A program made the position numbers and the translations under genes. Positions 1 through 13,200 of a stretch of DNA of 47,300 bases are shown in pieces (within the stretch, counting starts at the first letter, position 1; every line of letters begins with the position of its first letter). The stretch is from assembly GCA_013115125.1 (NCBI GenBank), contig JABANN010000251.1, positions 1-47,300 of the forward strand. Reading direction: 5' to 3'. Source of the stretch: Perkinsus olseni. Its lineage: Eukaryota. The notes under the pieces were generated by a model. That model had not been told where the DNA came from. It saw only the letters and a program-made list of their open reading frames with translations, and did no database searches.

Positions 1-307
1 CTAGTAATGACTCCGAAGGTAGCAGTAGTCTAGTATTAAAGTCCTCGAACACATCCTTCGTTAGTAATCTCTGAATAACCTGGTTCTTGATCTTATCCAA
101 GTCCTTCTTGTCGTCCGCGGTCATAGCATCGTACGCAGCAAGGACTGAGTCTTCCAAAAATAGTGGGACATACTTATAGGTCTCTTCATCACTCCACGCA
201 TAAAACGCCGCGATGCTTCGATACTTCTCGAACCATGCTTCAACTCTTGCTATCGTCAACCCATTGCTGGACAAAGGGCTTGGGGTTACCTTCAACGTCG
301 GGGCCAT
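1..307 (-). CDS. gag: Retrotransposon Gag-like protein, N-terminal part (open to window edge)
   Basis: Manual translation MAPTLKVTPSPLSSNGLTIARVEAWFEKYRSIAAFYAWSDEETYKYVPLFLEDSVLAAYDAMTADDKKDLDKIKNQVIQRLLTKDVFEDFNTRLLLPSESLL. The W-F...W-S-D-E-E...L-F-L-E-D-S...A-Y pattern resembles retrotransposon capsid domains. No introns; absent from the ORF track because it has no stop in the window. Confidence 0.65.
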   Translation of the reverse strand, partial: MAPTLKVTPSPLSSNGLTIARVEAWFEKYRSIAAFYAWSDEETYKYVPLFLEDSVLAAYDAMTADDKKDLDKIKNQVIQRLLTKDVFEDFNTRLLLPSESLL

Positions 308-515
308 TTTACTCTTAGTGACAAAATTTGGTGTTGAGGTATACCGTCACGTCACCAACTATAACCAGGCTTGTAGAGATCGGGGTTGAGAACAAGGAGC
401 TGCTACCACTTATAGTAGTGATGACGCAACAGTCAGGCAGTTCGGAAAGGAACTCATAAGTACAGTATGAAACTTAGCTACGATGAACGCCATAGCGTAG
501 CTTGTGTAAGGCTCG

Positions 516-542
516 AATGGGACAGCTGGAATGGGACAGCTG
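516..542 (+). repeat. Two-copy tandem repeat GAATGGGACAGCTG at the edge of the candidate LTR
   Basis: gaatgggacagctg gaatgggacagctg read directly at about 515-542. Confidence 0.85.
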
Positions 543-639
543 ACACAATATGGCCTACACTGGGCGGGCGAAGGGGACTTCTTCCGAGGAGACGCTCAAC
601 TGACCGATCTAGCGTTTCCTAACCCCCAACAATCTGCTT

Positions 640-1703
640 ATGTCTGCCACTTGGTCTTATCTACTGCTGGTCTCCCTTGGTATCCACGCGATGGGGGCTG
701 GCCCTGAGGACTCTAGGCACATCCCCGCCGGGGTATACAGTACTTCGGCCAATATCCCCCATTTTGGGCGCATCATGATGTCTTCAATAGGAGACGGGCG
801 ATGCGCTCTCGGCTTCAAACCATCACCGAGAGAGCCGTTATTCACTGTACCGCCTTTTAGAATGAAGAGAGACAGAAGGAAGGACTACTTCGTCTACGAC
901 CCCAGCGGATTCTTCGATAGAATGTCTTTGAGCCGTCACTTCGAGGAACTAACGAAGAGAGTCGGTTTATCGATCAACTACACCGACATAGGAATTTGCA
1001 GGTCGGGGGATACGAACGTCCGCTTGAGACTTGCCGGAGAAGAATATCCAATGCGAGAAGTGATGATAAGCGAAAGTAGTCAGCAGGCCAGCAGGAAAGG
1101 ACCTGACGTGGATGCGCCACTAGATCAGAGGACAGGTGACAGAAGACAGCAGGAGAGAGCGGACTATGCAAAAGACGGTGAGAGCATGGAATCTCATGCA
1201 ACACGGCGTTCCAATCCCCGCAAGAGGACGGCGGATAATGATTCATCACCTCCACGCCCGGGCAAACTTCGGGCCACCCAGTCGAAGGGTGTGAATGTGC
1301 CAGATCTTGGAGCACTCATCGGACCTGAGGCAGCAACCCAACCGATGCCGGCAACCTCACTTTTTCCAGCGGTAAATAATTCTAAACCTAGAGTTTACGT
1401 TAACGCGGAACCCATCCCTGGCTTCGAGAGAGTCCGTATGATTTTGAGACCGAATTCTGTGTGCGCGCTCGGGTTTCTACTTGATGGAGCGAAAGCAGCA
1501 CGGCAAGTCGGGCCGGGTAAAATCGCTTTGCTATCAATGACCGAAGTACAAGGACCTCGTTGGGCTTCGTGTCAACTATACTCACAAAGAGGAACCTGCT
1601 AGGTCTGTACTGGAGTGACGTAGGTGTCTGTTATGCGGAGAGACCTGGACCGACACCCGAACTGCAGCTTCGCGGTGAACGCTACCGGATGAAGGCTCTA
1701 TGA
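640..1703 (+). pseudogene. Secreted lineage-specific protein with two copies of an ~110-aa domain; second copy frameshifted
   Basis: Signal-peptide-like start MSATWSYLLLVSLGIHA. Repeat 1: GVYSTSANIPHFGRIMM...CALGF...ELTKRVGLSINYTDIGICR...LRLAGEEYPM. Repeat 2: RVYVNAEPIPGFERVRM...CALGF, then in another frame ILTKRNLLGLYWSDVGVCY...LQLRGERYRMKAL* (TGA 1701-1703). Confidence 0.65.
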
Positions 1704-1726
1704 TTATCCATTCATGTAACGCAGTA

Positions 1727-2680
1727 TCAGAAGAGATAACAGGAATCCTCGTTGCCATGGTGTCGTATCTTGATGTATCCATCAACCTTTTCACGCTGTA
1801 CAAGATACCTGTTCACATGTGAGTGATACTCGCGACACGAGGTTGCGTTCAGTCTTGCCCGGAGTCCCGGCAGCGGCATGGTGCGGCCCAGCAGCGGCTT
1901 GCTCGAAACGGGAGAAAGAGCTACTTTAAGGGAATGAGAGCCCTTCAGGGTTTGGCAACCCATCTGCCGGCAACCACCGATGTACTGATTATCTTGTGGG
2001 ACGAGCTTGATGCAGTAGTGGTCGTCGATGATGTCGACCACTGGTCGACATCACACGGAGAATTGCAGCAGCACCATCGGAATTAACTTTTGATGAAGAG
2101 CCAGTCCGGGTGGAGGCGGTTAGTATCTCAACGCACGGTACGAGAATGATGAGGAGGCAGCCGGCCGAGAGAAGGGACGCAACAAGGACCTCAGTGAAAT
2201 GATGTAACCACCAACACCATGGCATGCGGATCAGAGCTCCACCGAGATCGAGGCTTTGTCTCTTCTACTGCCTAGCATCACCACATCTACAGTGCTGAAA
2301 ACGATGGTGGCTGATTCCCACCTGGCGTGGGGCTGCCGTCTGAGCGTTCCACTGGCCGGAGCACACGGAAGTCGCGTAGAGCGGACTCTACCAGCGCCAC
2401 CAGGGCCTCCTCCCAAGCATGTGCCTCCAGATGATGACATCTCCAATGCCAAATCGGTATAGTGTTACACTGGGCAATGCTGTCCTGATGTCGTCCACAG
2501 TGTGAGAGGCACAGCTCCATTCTCTGACATCATCAGAACCTGCAACCGGAAGACTGGGCCGAGAGTTCCCAGGGAGGTGAATCAGTCCTCACCAGTGATC
2601 CAAACCCTCAAGGAATCCATGGTATGGCCGAGGTGTCGGGTCAAGGAATCCTGACTAACTTGTAGGAATCGTACCTATAC
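1727..2680 (-). CDS. Hypothetical multi-exon protein (boundaries uncertain)
   Basis: Minus-strand coding-like pieces (GSDDVREWSCASHTVDDIRTALPSVTLYRFGIGDVIIWRH; VVDIIDDHYCIKLVPQDNQYIGGC; YLVQREKVDGYIKIRHHGNEDSCYLF*) separated by short GT-AG segments. No family recognised. Confidence 0.35.
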
Positions 2681-2729
2681 TGGGGACAGCCTCGCCTCAT
2701 TTCATCTTCTTGAAGCAAAGCCCTTCAGT

Positions 2730-3780
2730 TCAGCCGGCATACCTCCTCATCACGCAGGCCTCTTCCCGGGTTGATAAACGTCGTCGGTACCCTCCCCTTG
2801 AGTAGAAGTGTTTGGACTGCTCGACGGAAACTGCCGAGTATCGTGGAATACACGACGAGTGCATAGACAAGTTTGTTACTTGTCCGCTTCTGTTGTGGAG
2901 TTGGTGAAAGCTGCCACTACCAGATCGTTCTTGGCGATTTCGCGCCGGAACGACTTCAACGAAACTGAGCCGACGCGGCAGAGTCGGCGGGACGACAGAA
3001 GCGGCACTTACCAACTCGACTGACCAACTCTGGCCTCGACGGTGACATCTGCTGACGGATGTATCGTATCTACCACAGCCAGCGGGCGCGTGATGGAAAG
3101 TACTGATATTCCCAGCTTACGACACTATCAACAGTCTTCTCTCTCATCAGAGCATCCAGTTGTTTTCGACTGACATCCTTCGGCACACCTCTGTGGAGTA
3201 TGACCTGAGGAAGTCCTTCGCCAGTAGAAGAGGACTCTACACCTACTATGGCAGGGACTGTCTTCGGGTCTATGTTGAACTGCATGGGATACCTGAACCC
3301 TGGGTGAACAGCAAAGCTCATCATGCCATCACTGACTTCCTGTCAATATAAACATCGACTCTACCACAGGCTAGCCTCCCCAAGGCGAGTCTGGCACATG
3401 CTTGCTCAGCCTGACCGCGGGTGCATAGCCCCATCAAGGGCCGTACAGGGGTGCTCACGTTGTCCTTCATAGCCCAGATGTAACGGTTAGCTCCTCGAGT
3501 AGGTAGTCTGTAGAAGAGGACCAACGCCCACTCATTGTCGTGGAGGAACTTCTCCATTGTAGTGCATCCCGAGCCTATCCAGGAGGTGACCTCCTCCTGG
3601 CTTTCATCGACCCTTACAGCTCTCCTCAGTCACTTGAATCATATTCATCGATCGAACCCTCTCCGGCATGTCCACCACCGACCCCGACAAGCTCCGCCGC
3701 TCACCCGAGACTATACATAGCACGTCCCAGAGTGTGGCAATGGACAGGAGGAGGTATTTGCTTCTACTAACCATAAGGAG
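2730..3780 (-). CDS. Hypothetical multi-exon protein, possibly non-catalytic thioredoxin-like fold
   Basis: Exons MEKFLHDNEWALVLFY... and SFAVHPGFRYPMQFNIDPKTVPAIVGVES...LDALMREKTV resemble PDI/thioredoxin-fold segments; no CxxC seen. Start and stop uncertain. Confidence 0.35.
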
Positions 3781-3955
3781 TGCGCCAACTCAGCCACAGA
3801 GTAAATGAGCCGACCAGCCCAGATTGACAACTAAGGCCGTTGAGGTTTATAGAAAATTGCATAATAATATTAATAAATCATCTCGGAGTCCCCTGGATGA
3901 TAGTCTCGCCCTTCCCCTAGTCCTGCCCTGGTTGAATTGGCCGTTGAAGGGTTCG

Positions 3956-6606
3956 TCAGATAACCACCGGGACCATGTCGATGGCTTCTGATGCTTGGGG
4001 GCGGTCAGAAGGGCGCCTCCTCAGCAACGATGTAATGAGGTGAGTCAGCCATGAAGGTGGGGCATCCCTCGTGGTTACTAGCAACTGACGAGGGCAGATT
4101 GGAAGTAACTCGGGCAGTAACGAGAAGCACGCCTTACATCTTCCACAGGAAGGTCGCAGCGAGCGATGGTGTTGAAGAGCTTAGTCAGGTCCGTCGAATA
4201 AAACGGTAATTTACCGACGAGCATAGTCTGCAAGGACGATATCGTGGTACTCGGATATATCACGGAATTTCCTCAGTACCGACTAAACTACGGTTAACAG
4301 CGGAGGCCTCCCCGGTAAACAAAGAAAGACGCTTCTACTTCCTCGGCAGAGTTCCAGCGCTTTCAGCAAGCACTAGGGTATGTACTAAGGTTGGCCATCC
4401 GGTACTACCCAGAATGTGATTCCTGCAGCCCACATATCCCCTTCATACGGCATCTCTGCAGTAGGTGACGACACACCATCAACTAGAACAACAACGAGTC
4501 TCCAGGGGCGGGAGTGGGCGGCAGTACCTCCATCCAGGAAGGGGTTGCTATCCTCCTTGTCATCCTCGTCCGATGGTATGCCGCACATCTCGGGTGCCAG
4601 AAAGGGGTAGGTGCATCCCTACACGGCCGATCGACGACGGCCTGGCAGACGTCTCCTTACCAGTGTCGAACCCAACCCCATTGAATCCTCTTCACCAACT
4701 ATCCTCGCCGAACCAAAATCGCCTGATCGGAATAGAGGATGGAGGCCTCTGAGACAGCGTAAGATGGTACTTATCCGAACCCTGCCCTGCGCATCGATGA
4801 GAAGATTCTCCGGTTTGATATCTCGATGGACGACATGTCGGCTGTGGATGAACTCGAGCCCTTGTAATATATCCATAATGTACGATCTGAGGGGACAGAA
4901 GGGAACCATATCACCCGGGTTCGATACCCACGCTCGGCATTTTACTTGAGTAAGTTATAGTCCGCTATAATCGGCTCATACTTGCATTTAATAGAATTCC
5001 ATCTTTGCACCGGACCGCCTGGACAACAGTCCAAAACCTGAAACGTCGAGTGCCGGGATCGAACCCGGGTACTCTGCCTTACCAAATACGTCTTCTGTCG
5101 ATCAGGGTTATAAAAGACGTCCCTCAGCGCCACTATACCAGGATGTACCCCCAGTCTCTAAGCAAGATCGCATCCAGAAACGCCGACTAACAGGCTACCA
5201 ACCTGCAGGACATGCACTTCTCGTTGTAGGCCTTCCAATGCTGTATGACGGACCATCCCTCCACTCGGAAGGTTATGATAGAACTTCTGGCGTGACAGAG
5301 ATATGTTCCGGTACACCTTCATAACCTGCTGACGAGGTATCACCTTTTGGCATCGCTCCCTCCTCTGCCTACCAAATCCTGCCCAGAGTCCTTCCTACAG
5401 AGCTTTATAGTCCTGCATGACCCTCGGTCAATAACAGGGCCTGAAAGAGGGGCTGACCACAGGCCAAGTCCAACTGCCCCACTACCGAGATGATATCCAG
5501 CAATGCTTTGGATGCCTCCGTCGGTGTCTTTGAATGCCCTTGGATAAGCTAGGCTCGGGTCCGAGCCCCTCTGTATAAAATTATGCATTGCTAAATCAAA
5601 CTGGCTGGAGCTCCCCAGATGACTGTGAACACGACACACGAAGTGGGTATGGGACGACTGCATGAGGGACCACCTTCAGTTTCACAAAATAACACGACGT
5701 CGAGAATCGCACCATACCATCACTTTCGAGAATCTCAAGCAAGGGTACGGCAGTCGAGCTGACCAAAGCGTGACGACCGGAGCTTCCGAACTCAACCCTG
5801 CAATGGTAGTTACCTTCGGCAGGGAGCGACACGGCAACACTCTGGCCTGACTTCAACAGCGTGGCCGCTGTGACGGGCTCGCCACCATCACCAAGCACCT
5901 CAAAGCGTACGTACAGCTGGTTGAAGTCCTCTGGGTGCTTCTGTAATAAAGTAACGTCCAACAACGTCGGCAGTTGACCACTGTCCTCCTTCGGTACGGA
6001 AGCTTCAACGGTCGGAGTCGGTGCCGCTTCCACCAGGATAGGGATCGTCTCCCCACGTCTCAGATCATCCATGAGGCCACTCAATACTCTGATAACCTCA
6101 GCTGTCTTGCGTGGCTCCCGGTACGAGTGGACCCTGCCTGCTGCACACGACTCCAATACTACATCAGGTGGTAGTCTGTGCTCTCTAGTCTGACAGGGGG
6201 CCTTGGGGACTTCCGTACTACGGCGTGGCAGCTGCTGCCTCGGTACCACTTCAGGGTCCACCACACTAGGGTCGAAGGCGGTCTTGACTGACACTGTGAT
6301 ACGTCCCCAGGGCGGCAACTCACACTCGTGCTCCCCCTCACCAGCCCCTACCACCTCCAACTCTCCCCTCCCCAATACCTTCATCGGATTGGACGTGACG
6401 ACGGCCAGCGTGACCCAAGGGACGAGGGCTCCCTTCAATTGTAGCGTCTCATCCCAATGGTAGTAGCCACCTTCCTCTGAGGCTGCCGGTTTGGTCGTCA
6501 CAGGTAAAAGAGGGTACTCATCTCTACTGAGCCGAACTGCTATCAGGGAGGGGGAGGCGACCCCTTGGAAGGGTCGTCCCCTCCCTATGTAAAGAGATAC
6601 AACCAT
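3956..6606 (-). CDS. Ser/Thr protein kinase, CaMKK/GRIK(SAK1)-like, with N-terminal C2-like region; multi-exon
   Basis: Motifs across exons: LVMKVY, TALEGLQREVHVLQ, KTYLVLDCCPGGPV, HSRHVVHRDIKPENLL, DFGSA, GCTYPFLAPEMC, DMWAAGIT, GKLPFY, LLRRRPSDRPQASEA; stop TGA at 3956-3958. First exon has a C2-like pattern (HWDETLQL...VTLAVV...KVLGRGELEV). Confidence 0.85.
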
Positions 6607-6698
6607 AAGACGAGGAGGGACTGATGACGGTATTAATAACCCTTCGACTCAACAGTAATACAAGGTTAACAGAAACAGCAACCCGAGCAGTGGCATGG

Positions 6699-7647
6699 CT
6701 AAGTCCTCGCTGTCCCCAGAGGGAAGCGCGCACTCCTGTGTCGGCTCCTGATGAAAATGAGGACCTGGTGGTCGTCGGACGAGGTCCACAATACCTTTGC
6801 AACCAAAACTTATACTGTTCCCGGTTCTTCTTAGTGCGGAGCTTGACAGCCTCCTTAAAGCTGGCATCAAAGCCACCACAATCAGCCGTCGGGAAGACCG
6901 CGTACCTGCATACTTAGAGTACTCTTAAGGTTGTCACTCAGATTATTACCTCCGGACCCCAGCCTCGCCCCACCAACACGTCCATGCCTTCTCCTTTTGG
7001 TCGAAGTGAACACCCCTCACACCGGAAGGGCATACGTCCGGCCTGGCCCGGCCCAGCTTACCTGCCGATACCCGTGGCCCGCCTCCACCAGTGGATGGCT
7101 ACTACCGGTTCTACGGAGCTGTCGGAAAAGTATGAGGGCCTCCATGCGGGCCTTCTCGAATTTCTCACTGCGGCCTTTAACGCTGAACTGTCGGAAAACT
7201 TGCAGACCGTATCGGTACCACATGACGCTCCACCGCTTAAGACGGAAGTCGTATACTGATAGAGGAGATGGTGATGAGCCCGGCCGAGGATGATGATGAT
7301 AGCCCTACTCAAGTGCAGACGACTGTTCTCATAGAAGGGGGTCCTGGACTTCCTGGTCTGCTGAGGCCACCACCTGCAGGGATGGTCCGGGGCAGCATCA
7401 CCAGGGTGGAGGTATTACAACTCCATCCTCTTCCCGATACCGGTCTGCCATACTGTGCCGGGCTTGCGGCTCTTCAATAATCGTTTAAGTCCCCCAGCTC
7501 TCCCCGCGAACCCTCGAGCCTAGGTCGACTCTTGCGACCTACACCGCATGAAGATTATCCTACCTGACACGAGCTCCACAGTGAGGGTGAACGCTGGCCG
7601 GCACCTGCCAGAATCGACGTGCCCAGCCTCGAAAACGACGAAGTCAT
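6699..7647 (-). CDS. Tandem AP2-domain protein with mitochondrial-presequence-like N-terminus (myzozoan mtAP2-type, candidate mitoribosomal protein)
   Basis: Spliced by eye: MTSSFSRLGTSILAGAGQRSPSLWSSCQ|ARGFAGRAGGLKRLLKSRKPGTVWQTGIGKRMEL|WWPQQTRKSRTPFYENSRLHL|..IYDFRLKRWSVMWYRYGLQVFRQFSVKGRSEKFEKARMEALILFRQLRRTG...|GVHFDQKEKAWTCWWGEAGVRR|YAVFPTADCGGFDASFKEAVKLRTKKNREQYKFWLQR|SRHRSARFPLGTART*. Two AP2-like units (three beta strands plus helix; GVxFD..W..W..F..GF..A..R). Confidence 0.8.
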
Positions 7648-7795
7648 TTACTGCTTCAACCAAGCCGAGAAATCATTCGGGCGCGCGCGACTTCCAATAG
7701 TCTTGACGTTCTTGAATATCTTACATTTCCTCAACGGTTTTTACTGTTAAACGTCATCGTAGTCGTCTTCACCATAGTTGTCAGCTGCTGTGAGG
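7648..7795. promoter_or_regulatory. 148-bp divergent spacer between AP2 gene and ATP synthase beta (probable bidirectional promoter and trans-splice acceptors)
   Basis: Start codons at 7647 (-) and 7796 (+) face away from each other; AG acceptors precede the ATGs (for example ttcaccatagttgtcag). Confidence 0.5.
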
Positions 7796-10066
<2,271 letters not shown>

Positions 10067-10235
10067 AAAGCTCCCCCCGCTAACTCCGTCGTCGTTGTGG
10101 TGGTAGATATATGACGTGAATCGTTTTTCGCATCAGCAACAGCAGTGCCCTATTGTGGTTGGTGGTTTCTAGAAATCTGTCGGCTCTCTTGGGTTGTTAA
10201 TATTATTAGTGTGACCCTGAGTGCGTATTGACAGT

Positions 10236-13200
10236 ATGCAACGCTCCGTCTCTGCTGAGAATCCAAGCTCAAATAAGGGGCTACATGGGAAGCAGGGAGC
10301 TAGGAGTGAGGAGGGCTGGTGCTCGGGAGGACTCTTGACGCCGATTGTAGGATATATCAAGCCGTCCTGGACAAGAACTAGCAGAAGCTGCAGGAGACCA
10401 CAGCGAACGCCACTCGGAGAGAAGATTGCTTTCGATGAGGATGGGTTCCCCTGCCTTTACAGACCGCGGCTGACTCGGATGGGGAAGCTGGCCAGGAGCC
10501 GGTAGTGCTTCGAAGCGGCGACAGAGGGGACGCAGTTGGGGGCAGATACTCGCCTCCTTCGTATGGCCCCTCTCCTGATGGAAGCAAATGGAAGGGTAGT
10601 GCCGACTTTATGAGTACCATGAGTAGCACTACAGGAGGCTCACTCCAATGGAGGGTAGTACAGGGGAGAGGACTGCTGAAGGGACAATCATCCTTTTAGA
10701 CAATAACAATCACGAGAGGAACCGAAGGGTTTAGCTCTACGCCCTCTAGCAGTGGTGATGAGATCAGCTCGAATAATTGGGTTGTAGTATCCCCTGTAGG
10801 CCACGTGGCTCTGCCCAGCACCGCATTGGGCACCATTATCGACTCTACGGTCATGTCGGTGGAGGAGTCCCTCCTGCACTCCACTCCTCCCCTCGTCCAG
10901 ACACTTCCGGGAGGCTGTGGTATCCGACCCTCAGTCGTTGCAGAGGTGGGGATTCGCCATGGCCGTGGCTCAATGCCGCTGTATCAGGCGTTTGGCTGCA
11001 GTCACCATCCCACTGAGTGGCAGGAGAATGCGCTAGGATACCTATTATCAAACAACAGTGAGCGCCGACTGGGCCTCCGATCTTGGTCATATGGGTCATT
11101 AGGCCGCACATTAGTCGCAAAACTTGCTGCTACAGTGACCTTATGGTCGACTGAAGGGGACACCAATAGGGAGGCCGTTCTAGTGTAGGCTTGGATCAGC
11201 CGGGTCGGGAATGATCTGCCTGAGCCAGGCCTTACCAGTGTGTGGAGACTCTGGGGAGATTACCAACTCCAGAGGAGGGGGCCGCTCTCGGATACAGTCT
11301 TCGAAACCTATGTAAGGGCATCGTAATGGTAGTCAGTGAGTAGTCTTTGGATGGGCTTCAGGCGATGAGATGTGCGGAGCCACCGCCTTCCCTAGGAGGG
11401 AGGGTCTCGGAGTTAACATAGTGTAGGGAGCCGCCTCCGGCCACCCCTACAAGCATTAGCTATTAGTTACGTATGTTGTGGTATGGGAGGAGAAAAAGCA
11501 CCAATCACATCAAGCGTCATCGCTCAATTTGCTAGAGGTGCTTTCGCAGTACCATCGGTAGTGTTACTGTGGATCGGCCCCTCAGAGCAATCTAATGGAG
11601 GATCCATTCCTACCCTCCTTTGGTGGCCGTCATTATTCATCCCAACTGATGCGCCTCCCGTTGACGCCGCCCTCATGGTTTCCCTCGCCATACAAAGCAG
11701 CACTCACATTCTTGTCATAGTGGACGGAAGTCCTTCCATATGGTACACCCGCCAGAGGGGCTCCCTCCAATGGATGGACTCACATCAGGCTGGATGGAGA
11801 ACTCCGAGCAGGGGCCTCGATGAGACGGAAGGCGACCATCGTAGAGATTAGGTCCACGGACGAGGGTGGCCAGAAGGTCGGCGTTCTGCCATTGCCGGTG
11901 GTGGTTATCCCTCAGCAGGTTCTTGGCACCGGCAGCTCCAGGAGAATCCACCTGGACAAGAATCCGTACACTAGCCGTCTAGGTGTCCTCCGTAGTGAGG
12001 GTGTAGCTGCCCACGAAGAAGAGGTGGCCGCCGCTCTACGACGCCTCAGCAAGGCTTGTAGGTTATGGGGCGCCGCGGCTTTCGTGATACCGTTGGTCGA
12101 CGGTAGGTTTGTCGTATGGGGAGGGCACAACGAGAGAGCGTGACGTGATGGCCCTGTCGGTGTGGGTACGGCAGTTTGGCCCCCCGGGCCACCGAGGGAG
12201 GGGTAGGTCACCTCCTCCTGCCAACCTGCCCTCATCCTCCAGTCCAGTTGCTCCTCGTCCGCACACCATATCCACCCACAAAGATGGTCTACCGTGTTCC
12301 GCACCAGGGGCGGTATCCGGTTATCTACTGCCACCCTGTCCACCTGGCCGTTCGACAGGCCGGCGGCCGGAAGGAACCCTAGCCGTCACCTTAGTACTTG
12401 GCGGCCCGACCGATGATATCAAGACTGCGGGCCCGATGATGACTACGAAGATCACTGCGGTCATCAGGTAATGCCTCGGGGAGAGGGTAGAGGGAAGGGT
12501 CCTTTCAGTGGTTACGATTTACACAAGGCTCAGCTGCGGCTGTCGCTACCGAGACTAGATCCGACATCCTCTGGGAAGTTGCGGATGAAAATAAGATTCA
12601 TCTCGGAGAGGGTAGAGGAGGAGACCCCCCGTCATGGAGGCACACGAGAGAGGATGAACGTCCGTGTCAAATGGGACGATTTCTACAAGTTGTGCGTGGA
12701 CAGGGCCTTCCTGCAAGCCTACCCGACACAGGTACTATCATGGGGTGCCTCATAGCCTGACCTCTGAGCTCAGGTCCACTTGGCAGTTGCTCACTCCCGG
12801 TTGGATCTGCCATACGTAGCCGATCTCATTGGGGTAGGCCTCCGCAGAGCTGCTCGGCTGACAACCAACTCTTACCTCTAGGTTCAGTCCGACGGTGGGC
12901 TCCTCCACAAGTGTTGCCTTTTGGACAACTCAACGCCCTTGCTGATGCTGTTGCTCGGAGGGCCCGAGGAGAAGGCAGGCTTCGATGAACTGGACGACCT
13001 CAAGCGTCCCCCGCTCCGGCCGGGAGTCGCCAAACTTCTTGGCGAATTTGATGGTGATGGGCGAACCCCCTTGGACGTTGCTCTCACCAGAGGCGATCAT
13101 GAGGCCTGTCACATTCTGCGGAGGTGAGCAGCTTCGCGGGGCAGGCCTGTCCTCTCCGCAGGGCTGTCCATCAGGGCTGGCGGCCGAACGAGCCGACGGT

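Larger units (their letters stand above)
1..547 (-). mobile_element. 5' end of an LTR retrotransposon (probably Ty3/Gypsy-like): candidate LTR about 358-547, candidate primer-binding site, start of gag; truncated by the window edge
   Basis: Minus strand begins TGTGTCAGCTG at about 547, contains TGGTGACGTGACGG from 357 (complementary to a tRNA 3' CCA end), then an intronless gag-like ORF from 307. The second LTR and target-site duplication are outside the window. Confidence 0.6.
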
